Below are positions 36,260-47,983 of a stretch of 64,000 nucleotides of DNA, in pieces. The stretch lies in NCBI GenBank assembly GCA_977017575.1, contig CDRNVI010000201.1, positions 37,261-101,260 on the forward strand, in the 5' to 3' direction. The position numbers were made by a program, and so were the translations under genes. The notes below the pieces were generated by a model. The model ran no database searches, was not told the origin of the DNA, and was given only the letters and a program-made list of their open reading frames with translations. The first letter of the stretch is position 1. Each line of letters begins with the position of its first letter. The stretch is from Paramoeba atlantica. Its lineage: Eukaryota > Protista > Discosea.

Positions 36260-39200
36260 ATGAATTTGAATGAGAGAAATATGATGGAAGAGGAGGTGGT
36301 GGTTGGGGAAAGAGAAAGGACTGAGAGAAGAGAAGAAGAGAGATTGAGAAACGAAGAAAAAGAAGAAGAAAAAGAAGAAGAAAAAGAAAAAGAAGAAGAA
36401 AAAGAAAAAGAAAAAAAAGAAGAAGAAAAAGAAAAAGAAAAAGAAAAAGAAGAAGAAAATGAAAAAGAAGAAGAAGAAAAAGAAGAAGAAGAAGAAGAAG
36501 AGAAAGTGAGAAAAGAGTTGAAAGAAAACTCATTCGAGGTTTCTGAATTTTCAATCTTTCTTTTCTTTCTTTCTTTTTTCTTTTTCTTTCTTCTCTCTCT
36601 TTTCTTTCTTTTTTTGTTTCTTTTCTTTCCTTTTTCTTCTTTTTTACTCTTCTTCTTTTTCTCTCTTTCTCTCCTTTCTTTTCTCCCTTTTCTTTGTTTT
36701 TTCGCTCTATTTCTATGTTCTGAGACAATTCTCTATTTTAATAATTCAATTCAATATTTTTCTTCCAATTTTTTTTTATTTTGATTTCAAAAAAAGGAAT
36801 TATTCGAAATTGCTTTGATGGAACAAGATTGGATTCGACTTGAGACACTCTTTGAGATGACAAAAAAACTTGATTATCCCAATGTTCTCTTTTCTTTTTT
36901 TTTTCTCTTTTTTTCTTTTTCTTTTCTTTTCTTTTCCTTTTGAGTGATATTTTTAAATTTTTTTTTGGGAGCAATTTTAACTCTTTTTTCTCAAAAAAAA
37001 AACAAAACAAAAAAACAAAAATAGTTTGGAATAAGAGATCTCCATATTGCTTCTTTGAAAGGAGATGAAAAGAAAGTTGAATTATTATTGAAAGAAGGAG
37101 CAAATATCAATGCTTTTGAACAGGTTTTTTTTTTATTTTTATTTTTATTTTTAAATTTTTTGCTTTTCTTTCAAATCCAAAAATTGATCTCTTTTAATTT
37201 TATTATTTCTTTAGATTTATGGAAGAACTCCTCTTTTTATTGCTGCTCAAAATGGAGATGAACAAATTGTTCAAATTTTATTGGAAAAAGGAAACCCAAA
37301 TGTTGATCTTCCAGATCAGGTTCTTTTGTTGATTCTTTCTTTTTCTTTTTCTTTTCAGTTTCTCATTTTTCTATTTTTTTTGAATGTAAAGGATGGAAGA
37401 ACTCCTCTTTTTATTGCTGCTCAAAATGGGAATGAACAAGTTGTTCAAATTTTATTGGAAAAAGGAAAACCAAATGTTGATCTTCCAAATGTGGTTCTTC
37501 TTTTTCTTTTTCTTTTTTTTTTTTTTTCAGTTTCTCATTTTTCTTTTGTTTTTTAATGTAAAGAATGGAACAACTCCTCTTTTTATTGCTGCTCAAAATG
37601 GACATGAACAAATTGTTCAACTTTTATTGGAAAAAGGAAAACCAAATGTTGATCTTGCAAATAAGGTTCTTTTGTTGTTTGTTTTCTTTTTCTTTTTCTT
37701 TTTTTTTCAGTTTCTCACTTTTTCTATATTTTTTTTAATGTAAAGACTGGAATAACTCCTCTTTATATTGCTGCTCAAAAAGGAGATGAACAAATTGTTC
37801 AAATTTTATTGGAAAAAGGAAAACCAAATGTTGATCTTCCAGATCAAGTTCTTTTGTTATTTGTTTCTTTTTCTTTTCAGTTTCTCATTTTTCTATTTTT
37901 TTAATATAAAGGATGGAGTAACTCCTCTTTATGTTGCTGCTCAAAAAGGAGATGAACAAATTGTTCAAATTTTATTGGAAAAAGGAAACCCAAATGTTGA
38001 TCTTCCAACTTTGGTTCTTTTGTTGATTCTTTCTTTTTCTTCTTTTTCTTCTTTTTTCATTTTTCTATTTTTTTTTAATGTGAAGGATGGAAGAACTCCT
38101 CTTTATATTGCTGTTCAAAATGGACACGAACAAATTGTTCAAATTTTATTGGAAAAAGGAAAACCAAATGTTGATCTTCCAGATAAGGTTCTTTTGTTGA
38201 TTGTTTCTTTTTCTTTTTTTTATCAGTTTCTCATTTTTCTCTTTTTTTTTAAAATGTAAAGTATGGAACAACTCCTCTTTTTATTGCTGCTGAAAATGGA
38301 CATGAACAAATTGTTCAAATTTTATTGGAAAAAGGAAAACCAAATGTTGATCTTCCAGATCAGGTTCTTTTGTTGATTCTTTTTCTTTTTCTTTTTCTTT
38401 TATCAGTTTCTCATTTTTCTATTTTTTTAATGTAAAGGATGGAGCAACTCCTCTTTTTATGGCTGCTCAAAATGGACATGAACAAATTGTTCAAATATTA
38501 TTGGAAAAAGGAGAACCAAATGTTGATCTTCCAGATGAGGTTCTTTTGTTTCTTTTTCTTTTTTTTTCTTTTTCAGTTTCTCATTTTTCTATTTTTTTTT
38601 AATGTAAAGTATGGAGAAACTCCTCTTTTTGTTGCTGCTCAACAAGGACATGAACAAATTGTTCAAATTTTATTGGAAAAAGAAGAACCAAATGTTGATC
38701 TTGCAAATCTGGTTCTTTTGTTGATTGTTTTCTTTTTCTTTTTCTTTTCAGTTTCTCATTTTTCGATTTTTTTTTAAAATGTAAAGGATGAAAGAACTCC
38801 TCTTTTTATGGCTGCTGAAAATGGACATGAACAAATTGTTCAAATTTTATTGGAAAAAGGAAAACCAAATGTTGATCTTCCAGATCAGGTTCTTTTGTTG
38901 ATTCTTTTTCTTTTTCTTTTTCTTTTATCAGTTTCTCATTTTTCTATTTTTTTTTAAAATGTAAAGTATGGAACAACTCCTCTTTGGATTGCTGCTCAAA
39001 ATGGACATGAACAAATTGTTCAAATTTTATTGGAAAAAGAAGAACCAAATGTTGATCTTCCAAATGAGGTTCTTTTGTTTCTTTTTCTTTTTTTTTCTTT
39101 TTCAGTTTCTCATTTTTCTATTTTTTTTTAATGTAAAGTATGGAAGAACTCCTCTTTTTATTGCTGCTGAAGAAGGACAAGAACAAATTGTTCAAATTTT

Positions 39201-41057
39201 ATTGGAAAAAGGAAACCCAAATGTTGATCTTCCAGATAAGGTTATTTTGTTGATTGTTTCTTTTTCTTTTCTTTTTCTTTTTTTTTCTTTTCTTTTCAGT
39301 TTCTCATTTTTCTATTTTTTTTATTTAAAGTATGGAGTAACTCCTCTTTATATTGCTGCTTGTGAAGGACATGAACAAATTGTTCAAATTTTATTGGAAA
39401 AAGGAGAACCAAATGTTGATCTTCCAGATCAGGTTCTTTTGTTGTTTGTTTTCTTTTTCTATTCTTTTTCTTTTCAGTTTCTCATTTTTCTATTTTTTTT
39501 TATGGAAAGGGTGGAAGAACTCCTCTTTTGATGGTTGCTAACAATGGATATGAACAAATTGTTCAAATATTATTGGAAAAAGGAAAAGCAAATGTTGATC
39601 TTCCAAATAAGGTTATTGTGTTATTCATCATCATTTTGAATTTGTTGATTTTGTTTTTCCAATCCCTCCAATGGAAGTGGAGGGGGAGTGGGTGGATATT
39701 GAGTGATATTTGTTTTGTGTTTTCTTTTTGAAGAATTCTTTTCTTTTTTTCAATCTTTTTTCTCAAGGATGGGTGGACCCCTCTTCATGTCGCTGCTTCT
39801 AATGGTTTTGAAGAAATTGTAAAGATTTTGATTGAACATTGTGCCAATGTTAATCTTCAAAACAAAGTTTTTTCATTTTTCTTCATTTTGATTTGTGTAT
39901 TTTTGTTTGTGTGGTGGGGTTCTTAATTTTTTTTTCCTCTCCTCTCTTCTTTTTCTTTTTTTTTTTTTTGCTTTTTTATTTTTCTATTTTTTTTTAATGT
40001 AAAGGATGGAGTAACTCCTCTTTCTATTGCTGCTTGTAATGGACATGAACAAGTTGTTGAAATTTTATTGGAAAAAGGAAAAGCAAATGTTGATCTTCCA
40101 AATAAGGTTATTGTGTTATTTGTTATCATTTTGAATTTGTTGATTTTGTTTTTCCAATCCCTCCAGTGGAAGTGGAGGAGAGGGTGGGTGGATATTGAGT
40201 GATATTTGTTTTGTGTTTTATTTTTTAAAAATTCTTTCTTTTTTTTTGAATCTTTTTTCTCAAGGATGGGTGGACCCCTCTTCATAGAGCTGCTGAGAAT
40301 GGTTTTGAACAAATTGTAAAGATTTTGATTGAACATCGTGCCAATGTTAATCTTCAAAACAAAGTTTTTTCATTTTTTTTTTTTTTCTCCTTTTTTGTTT
40401 CATTTTTGTTTTGTTTTTTCTTCATTTTTGTTTTGTGTTTTTTTGTTATTTGGGTTTTGGGGAATATCTCTTTTGATGTGAGTTGATCAAGGTGTTCTGT
40501 GATCTGTGTTTTTAATCTTCCTTTTTTTTTCTTTTTTGATGTGTTGTTTTTTAATATCATCTTTTTTGTCAAGGGCGGGAGGACCCCTCTTCATGTTGCT
40601 GCTGCGAAAGGTTTTGAACAAATTGTAAAGATTTTTATTGAACATCATGCCAATGTTAATCTTCAAAACAAAGTTTTTTCATTTTTCTGCATTTTGGTTT
40701 GTGTATATTTGTTTGTGGAATATATGTTTGTGGCGGGGTTCTTTTTTTTTTTTTGAACTTCTTTTTCTTTTTTTTTTGGTTAGGATGGGGAGACAGTCTT
40801 TGATGTTGCAAAGAACCACAAAATTGTTGATCTGATCATTCAATTGAAGGTTTGGTTTTTTTTCTCTCTTCTTTTTTTTTGTGAATTTTCTTTTCTCCTT
40901 TTTTTTCTTTTTTTTTTCTTTTTTTTTCTTTTTTTTTGATTGATTTTTTTGTTGAATATTTTATTTGAGTGTGGGAAAAAAGAATATGATCTCATTTTTG
41001 TTTTCTTGGTTGTAGGGACAAACTATAAAACCAGCTCGTGCAAAAAAAGAAAATTAA
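36260..41057 (+). CDS. Ankyrin exon-array gene B: charged first exon, 2 N-cap exons, 15 type-I and 3 type-II repeat exons, C-cap and GQTIKPARAKKEN tail
   Basis: 102-nt phase-0 exons xGxTPLxxAAxxGxEQIVQILLEKGxPNVDLPxx separated by homologous ~70-100-nt GT-AG introns; terminal exon 41016-41057. Confidence 0.9.
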
Positions 41058-41450
41058 ATTTCGAAAGTTCGAAAATAGAATTCCCCAAAAATTGACCTCT
41101 CTATCGGAAATTGCTCCATTCATTTGTGCTATCATCACTCTACTAAGACTTTGGAACCAAACCATAAAGAAGGTGACCAGTTCCAAAACAAGATTGTTGG
41201 GATTGTTCTTGCTGTTAATTGAAAATAATTTTGTTGTGTGGAATCAGCAGATAATAAAATTGTAAATGTAAAAGAAAAAAAAATAAAATAAATAACCTTT
41301 GTGGTGGACACACAAAAGGCTCCTGCAAGATCTGTTTCACCCTAAAATGTAAAAATAAATAATTAAATTTCATAAAAAGAAAAGAGGAAGAAAAGAGGAG
41401 AAAAGAAAACGATGATAAGATCAAAAAAAGCAGAAAAAAATTCAAAGCAG

Positions 41451-42350
41451 TCATGATATTGAATAAATAAATAACGCCTTCATAACCTTCATTCTCCAAC
41501 TGGAGCTATCGAGAAATTCAAGTGCACTATTCTTTTGGTTTTCACAGCAACCTCCTTCTCCTTCTTGATCTTTTCTCTTCTTTTTCTCTTCCTCTGCTGC
41601 TGCTGCTTGTCTCTTCTCCAAATCCTCTGTCTCCACACTCAACTCAACATCAAAGTTGTTCAGAAATGAAATTGCATCTTGGATGTTCTGAAGGCCTTTC
41701 GAGAAACAATTCATTTTATGTTCTAACCCCCGCTTTCTCTGAACTATTTTAGCCCGTCGATTGTCTTTTGAGATTCGACTCAATTATGTTCGAAAAGAAG
41801 CAATCGCCTTGGAATATTTTCTCTCTTGTGTCTGAAGAAAACCAATTCGTCCCTGCAATGCTTTTACAACTCCTTGATGCTGAACCCTTTCTTGGATTTG
41901 GTTTTGCCAAGCCTCCTCACGCTCTTGGAGTAACTTTTTCAACTCATCAATTTGTTGTTGTTGGAGTTCGATCACCCTTTGAAGTTGCTGTTCAGTTGTT
42001 GTGGAGGGGTGAAGAGAAGTGGGGGTGGTGGGAAATTGGTCGAAAGAGCTGGACATCAAGACTCTATGATGAAATTGTTGAAAGCAGGGTTTCAGAGGAC
42101 TGCTTGGGGTGATGGGTGATGGGGGTTTGTTGAAATGACGAGGTCCATGAAAATTAGATTCATGGAAGGAAGGGTTTGGAGTGGAAACCATTGAGGTTGG
42201 TGGTGGTGGAGGAAGGGGGAGTGGTGATGAGAGGTGGGTTCCAACAAGTGGTGGTTGTGATGATACCATCATTGAAGAGCCAAAACAACAATCTCTCGAT
42301 ATTTTTCGTTTTTTCGCTCTTGAACCTTCCAAAGTAAAATCATATTCCAT
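41451..42350 (-). CDS. Pro/Gln-rich coiled-coil, NLS-bearing ORF split by one in-frame TAA (41784-41786); may have further exons to ~41090
   Basis: Track ORFs 41784..42407 and 41451..41783 are in the same frame (…SFRT*LSRISK…); basic clusters AKKRK and KKKRK. Confidence 0.5.
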
Positions 42351-42875
42351 CGTTTGGTTTGGGGTTGTGGGGGGGGAGGGCGTACCAAGACAAAAAGAAA
42401 AACACACACAATAGAGAAAGGGAGAGGGGGGGTGAAAAATTTTGGAGAGATAAGAGAGATGGATAAGAGAAAGGAGAAAAAGAAGAGAAGTTGTCCTTTT
42501 TAGGGTCCTCTTTTATTTTTTTTTAATCGGAAATCCGCTCCTCTGAAAGAGAAGAACAAAAGAAGAACACAATCAAAAAGAAGAAAAGAAAAACAGAATG
42601 AAGAGTGAAAAGAGAGAGAGAGAAAAGTTAAAAGAGGCCAAGGTTTGTTTTTAGATTTTCAATATGGCGGCAGACAGCGGCCTGACCAGCGAAAGAAGAT
42701 TTGAAAAGAAAACCCGAAGCTGCAGAAGAGAAAGAAGGATTTTGGGAAATGGGAGAACGGAAAATTTCCCTTTCTTTTTTTCCTCGAAATTTGGGTTTCT
42801 CAATTTTTTGTGCGGGTTTTTCTTCTTTTTTTTCCTTTGTCTCTCTCTTTCTTGTTTCTCTTTCAATAATTTTAT

Positions 42876-43847
42876 ATGGCGTCATCTTCCTCCTCCTCTT
42901 CCTCTTGTTCTCCATCCTCTTGTTCTCCTCCTTCATCCCCTTGTTCTTCATTGTCATCCTCAACACCAAACCACAACACAAAAGAAGGTGCTTTAGAACC
43001 TCCACCAAAAAAACGACGATTGACACAAAAGAACCAGATTCACAAGTTGTATGTTGAAGTTGAATCACTTGAGATCGTAAAATCTTCGACCCATTTTGGT
43101 CCAAGCTCTGAAAAAGATTATCACACAATCAGAAGAAACACACTTCTCCTTGTGAGGTTAGACAGAAAGGATATTGTCGCAAAAGGGCTGCTCTTGAAGA
43201 ATGTTCTCCCAAAAGACAAAGTGGAGGCTCTCGCAAATCTCTTGTGGAAAAACAAAAATACCAAAGGTTGGTGGGAATCGAAGCTTGATACGAGACGAAG
43301 CCCTTCATCAAATATCCGTAAGAACTATGTTCGAACTGGTTTTTGGCATCAAGTTGGACATGCAACCCCTAAGTATGGACCATTTGAAGCTGGAACAGCA
43401 GGAAAAGATCCTGAGATTCGGGATTGTTTGAATTCCTTCCTTCTGCCATTGGCAGAAATTACCTCACAAAAACTCGCAAAATTTGATCCCTTCATCACAG
43501 AGTTGGTGGCTGGTTTACCCAATTTTCCATTTGGTTCCTTTCACCTTTTTATGTGCACTCGAGGATCTTCTGCATTTCATCGTGATCCGAATGATTATGT
43601 GGCATTTTTATTCCCCATTTTTGTTGAACAGGGAAAGAAAGGGGCGTTAGAAATTGGAAGAGTGTCAAGGGGGTTTTATTGGCAAGTGGGTGACGGAATA
43701 CTATTAAATTCACGTGACTTGGAACATGGGACTCGTAATTATGAAGGAAATGAAGATAATCGAATGATTGGGATATTTTTGATTCAACACCCTTATTTGA
43801 ATGTACATGGGATTGATTTGAAGAAAGAACAATCAAAAAAGAAATAA
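42876..43847 (+). CDS. TET/JBP-family 2-oxoglutarate/Fe(II) dioxygenase (putative DNA-base oxidase), intronless
   Basis: HRDPND (HxD), GDGILLNSRDLEHGT (distal His), NRMIGIFLIQH (2OG-binding Arg, resembling TET RxSLVFYQH); upstream DPF...LPNFPFGSF; NLS PPPKKRR. Confidence 0.75.
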   Translation: MASSSSSSSSCSPSSCSPPSSPCSSLSSSTPNHNTKEGALEPPPKKRRLTQKNQIHKLYVEVESLEIVKSSTHFGPSSEKDYHTIRRNTLLLVRLDRKDIVAKGLLLKNVLPKDKVEALANLLWKNKNTKGWWESKLDTRRSPSSNIRKNYVRTGFWHQVGHATPKYGPFEAGTAGKDPEIRDCLNSFLLPLAEITSQKLAKFDPFITELVAGLPNFPFGSFHLFMCTRGSSAFHRDPNDYVAFLFPIFVEQGKKGALEIGRVSRGFYWQVGDGILLNSRDLEHGTRNYEGNEDNRMIGIFLIQHPYLNVHGIDLKKEQSKKK

Positions 43848-44184
43848 AAAAAAAGGAATTTATCATCATCTTCCCTTTTTTGTAATTAATTGTTTTGTTT
43901 TTGTTTTTGTGTTATTTTATCTTGATAATCCCTTTTTTTTTCCCCTCATCATTTTTCATCATTTTTATTTAATAATGCTTTTGTTAAAAAAGAAATAATA
44001 TTTGAGAATTGGAGGGAAAAAATGATCTTTTAATAAAATTAGGGATTTTTATTCTCTAATAATCAAAAACAATAATTCCTCCACCCCCCAATATCTCCAC
44101 CAGCCTCACCTTTCTCTTTCTCTTTCTCGCATGTGGTATCCAATTCCCCCCATCTCTCACATATCCCCATTTCTCCCCCCTCCT

Positions 44185-44964
44185 TTAATAACGAACAGCA
44201 TTAAATGAGTTAGTTCCTACAACTCGTGCAGAAAATTTCACCATTCCGAACCCTTTTTCAAAAGAGACCACAAGTGGGCATTTGAAAGGAACTTTAACGA
44301 GACAGCAGATTTGCGAGAATCGGACAGATTCGAGAACAATTTTGTTTTTCCCATCGTCTTCACTGTTAAAAGGGAAGTCTTTTCTCCGCCACTTATCAGT
44401 CCCAAATTTTCGATCCAATGTTTCCAAATCTTCCTCATTTGAAATCACTATCTTCTTCCGAGCATCAGTTTCTTTCATTTCTCCCACTCCTTCAAAAAAC
44501 CAATCAAACAAAGGAAGTGGTAATGGAAAAGCTCCTTTGATATCACTTCGATGGTGTTTCCACGACCATTTGAGGCGTTCCTCAAACTTTGGAAGAATTA
44601 AGTAATTGACAAACCAAGAAGGGGGAGCAGATGGCAGCTGCTGGGTGGTTGTTGGGGGTGGAGGAGGAGACAGTGAATGGTCATCTGTTCCAGCCTCCCC
44701 CTTTCGTTCGACTCCTTTGTCTTCTTCACACAAGTCTCCTCCTTGTCGATTCAACATCACGGAGTGGTCAGCGGTGGTGGTGGAGAACACCAAAGCAACA
44801 ATATCAGTGCTGCTCCTTGACAAATGTTCTTCTTCCTCGCTGTTGGTGGTGGTGCTGCATTGTGAGGACGCACGTTTTTTTTTTCTTGAAAAATCAAGAA
44901 CCCAAACATCATCTTCAAACACCTTTTTGACTCTTTTCCTTTTCCCTGGCCCAAACTCTTCCAT
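44185..44964 (-). CDS. Intronless 259-aa hypothetical nuclear protein
   Basis: Normal-composition ORF with ATG; two NLS-like clusters (GKRKRVKK, RKKKR). No family recognised. Confidence 0.55.
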   Translation of the reverse strand: MEEFGPGKRKRVKKVFEDDVWVLDFSRKKKRASSQCSTTTNSEEEEHLSRSSTDIVALVFSTTTADHSVMLNRQGGDLCEEDKGVERKGEAGTDDHSLSPPPPPTTTQQLPSAPPSWFVNYLILPKFEERLKWSWKHHRSDIKGAFPLPLPLFDWFFEGVGEMKETDARKKIVISNEEDLETLDRKFGTDKWRRKDFPFNSEDDGKNKIVLESVRFSQICCLVKVPFKCPLVVSFEKGFGMVKFSARVVGTNSFNAVRY

Positions 44965-45138
44965 TCCAATCGAAAACAGAAAACGTGAAATGCACCAACA
45001 TCACTGCCGCAAGGAAAGTTGAAAAAAGGGACAACAGGGACACCCTGCCACGTCAGCCCCATACAAAAAATTTGTAATGAGGGATTTGAACCCACATTCT
45101 TGTTTTTTGTTGTTTTTTGTTGTTTTATTTTTTGTTTG

Positions 45139-47983
45139 ATGAATTTAAATGAGAGAAATATGATGGAGGAGGAGGTGGGGGAAAGAGGGAGTCCTGAGAG
45201 AAGAGAGGAGGAGGGGAAGAGAAAAGAAGAAGAGGATGAGAAAATGAGAAAAGAGTTGAAAAAATCATTCGAGGTTTGTGAATGCTCTTCTTCTTTTTCT
45301 TTCTCTCTTTTTTTTTCCTTTTTCAATTTTTGGGGGAGAGAGGAGAAGGGGAGAGAGCAGGAGCTGAGAGAGGGGGAGAGAGTTTCATTTGAAGGATTTA
45401 GAGTTTTGAGAAGAGGAAGAGGGGTTTTTCGGGGAAGGTTCAGAGGGAAGAAGAAGAAAGGGAGAGAGAGAGAGGCGTTATTGATGGAGATGAACCAGGG
45501 TGAGTGGGCAGCAAGTGTGGAGTTGATGATGATTGTGATATGTTTTTCTGTCTTTGGGGAAAAGGTCAAGGATGGTTGTGAGGGGGGGGAGGGAGGGAGG
45601 GAGGGAGGGAGGTGGGGAGGTGGGGATTGAAGTGTTTTTTTTTGGGGGGGGTGAGGGGGGATTGAGGGGTCAAAGAGGAAGAGGGAAAGAGAAAATAATT
45701 TGCCCTTTTCCTGACCCTTTCTTTTTTTTTGGAAAAGCCCCTCCCCCCCCTTGTGGTATTTTTCTATTTTTTGAATGTTTATCTTTTTAAACAAAAGGGT
45801 GGAGCAACTCCTCTTTATATTGCTGTTCAACAAGGAGATGAACAAATTATTCAATCTTTATTGGAAAAAGGAAAAACCAATGTTGATCTTGCAACTTTGG
45901 TTCTTTTGTTGATTCTTTCTTTTTCTTCTTTTTCTTCTTTTTTCAGTTTCTCATTTTTCTATTTTTTTGAATGTAAAGGATGGAAGAACTCCTCTTTTTA
46001 TTGCTGCTGAAAATGGAGATGAACAAATTGTTCAAATTTTATTGGAAAAAGGAAAACCAAATGTTGATCTTGCAAATAAGGTTCTTTTGTTGATGTTTCT
46101 TTTTCTTTTCTTTTTTTATCAGTTTCTCATTTTTTGATTTTTTTTTTATGTAAAGAATGGAAGAACTCCTCTTTTTATTGCTGCTTTTGAAGGACATGAA
46201 CAAATTGTTGAAATTTTATTAGAAAAAGGAAAACCAAATGTTGATCTTTCAGATAAGGTTCTTTTGTTTGTTTCTTTTTCTTTTTTTTTCTTTTTCATTT
46301 TCTCATTTTTCTATTTTTTTTTAATGTCAAGGATGAAAGAACTCCTCTTTTTGTTGCTGCTGCACATGGAGATGAACAAATTGTTGAAATTTTATTGGAA
46401 AAAGGAAAACCAAATGTTAATCTTCCAGATGAGGTTATTTTGTTGATTGTTTCTTTTTCTTTTTCTTTTTCTTTTTCTCATTTTTCTATTTTTTTTAATG
46501 TAAAGTATGGAAGAACTCCTCTTTATGTTGCTGCTCAAAATAGACGGAAACAAATTGTTCAAATTTTATTGGAAAAAGGAAAAGCAAATGTTAATCTTCC
46601 AGATCTGGTTCTTTTGTTGATTGTTTTCTTTTTCTTTTTCTTTTCACTTTCTCATTTTTCGATTTTTAATGTAAAGGATGGAAGAACTCCTCTTTTTATG
46701 GCTGCTCAAAAAGGAGATGAACAAATTGTTCAAATTTTATTGGAAAAAGGAAACCCAAATGTTGATCTTCCAGATGAGGTTATTTTGTTTGTTTCTTTTT
46801 CTTTTTTTTTCTTTTTCATTTTCTCATTTTTCGATTTTTTTTTAATGTAAAGGATGGAAGAACTCCTCTTTTTGTTGTTGCTCAAAATGGATGGAAACAA
46901 ATTGTTGAAATTTTATTAGAAAAAGGAAAACCAAATGTTAATCTTCCAGATCAGGTTATTTTGTTGATTGTTTCTTTCTTTTTCTTTTTCTTTTTCTTTT
47001 TTTTTCTTTTCTTTTCAGTTTCTCATTTTTCTATTTTTTTGATTTAAAGTATGGAGCAACTCCTCTTTTTATGGCTGCTCTAAATGGACATGAACAAATT
47101 GTTGAAATTTTATTGGAGAAAGGAGAACCAAATGTTGATCTTGCAGATCAGGTTCTTTTGTTGATTGTTTTCTTTTTCTTTTCTTTTTTTTTTTTTCACT
47201 TTCTCATTTTTCTATTTTTTTTTAATGTAAAGTATGGAAAAACTCCTCTTTTTATGGCTGCTGACAATGGATATGAACAAATTGTTCAACTTTTATTGGA
47301 AAAAGGAAAGGGAAATGTTGACCTTGGAGATGAGGTTATTGTGTTATTCATTATCATTTTGAATTTGTTGATTTTGTTTTTCCAATCCCTCCACTGGAGT
47401 GGAGTAGAGGGTGGGTGGATATTGAGTGATATTTGTTTTGTGTTTTATTTTTTTAAAAATTCTTTTTTTTTAATATCATCTTTTTTCTCAAGGATGGGTG
47501 GACCCCTCTTCATGTTGCTGCTTCTGATGGTTTTGAAGAAATTGTAAAGATTTTGATTGAACATTGTGCCAATGTTAATCTTCAAAACCAAGTTTTTTCA
47601 TTTTTCTTCATTTTGATTTGTGTATTTTTGTTTGTGGAATAAATATTTGTGGTGGGGTTCTTAATTTTTTTCTTTCTGAACTTCTTTTTCTTTTTTTTTG
47701 GTTAGGATGGGGAGACAGTCTTTGATGTTGCAAAGAACCACAAAATTGTTGATCTCATCATCCAATTGAAGGTTTGCTTTTTTTCTCTCTTCTTTTTTTA
47801 ATCCATTTTCCTCTTTTTTTTCTTTCTTTCCCCCTTTTTTTTCCTTTTTTTTCTTTTTTGATTGATTTGTTTGTTGAATAAATATTTTATTTGAGTGGTG
47901 GGAAAAAAGAATGTGATCTCATTTTTGTTTTCTGGTTGTAGGGACAAACTATAAAACCAGCTCATGCAAAAAAAGAAAATTAA
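45139..47983 (+). CDS. Ankyrin exon-array gene C: charged first exon, 9 type-I and 1 type-II repeat exons, C-cap and GQTIKPAHAKKEN tail
   Basis: Repeat exons from 45798 to 47493 with the same intron sequence as gene B; same C-cap exon DGETVFDVAKNHKIVDLIIQLK. Confidence 0.88.

Noticed and set aside
37200-39700. Regular repeat-spacer pattern resembling a CRISPR array
   Set aside because: The units are 102-nt coding exons with homologous GT-AG introns; eukaryotic context and no cas genes.
41075-45090. KDZ or other transposase and terminal inverted repeats around the TET/JBP gene
   Set aside because: No Cys-cluster or DDE/RNase H motifs and no matching ends or TSD were seen.
45079-45093. B-box-like gggttcaaatccctc on the minus strand
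   Set aside because: No A box or cloverleaf nearby.
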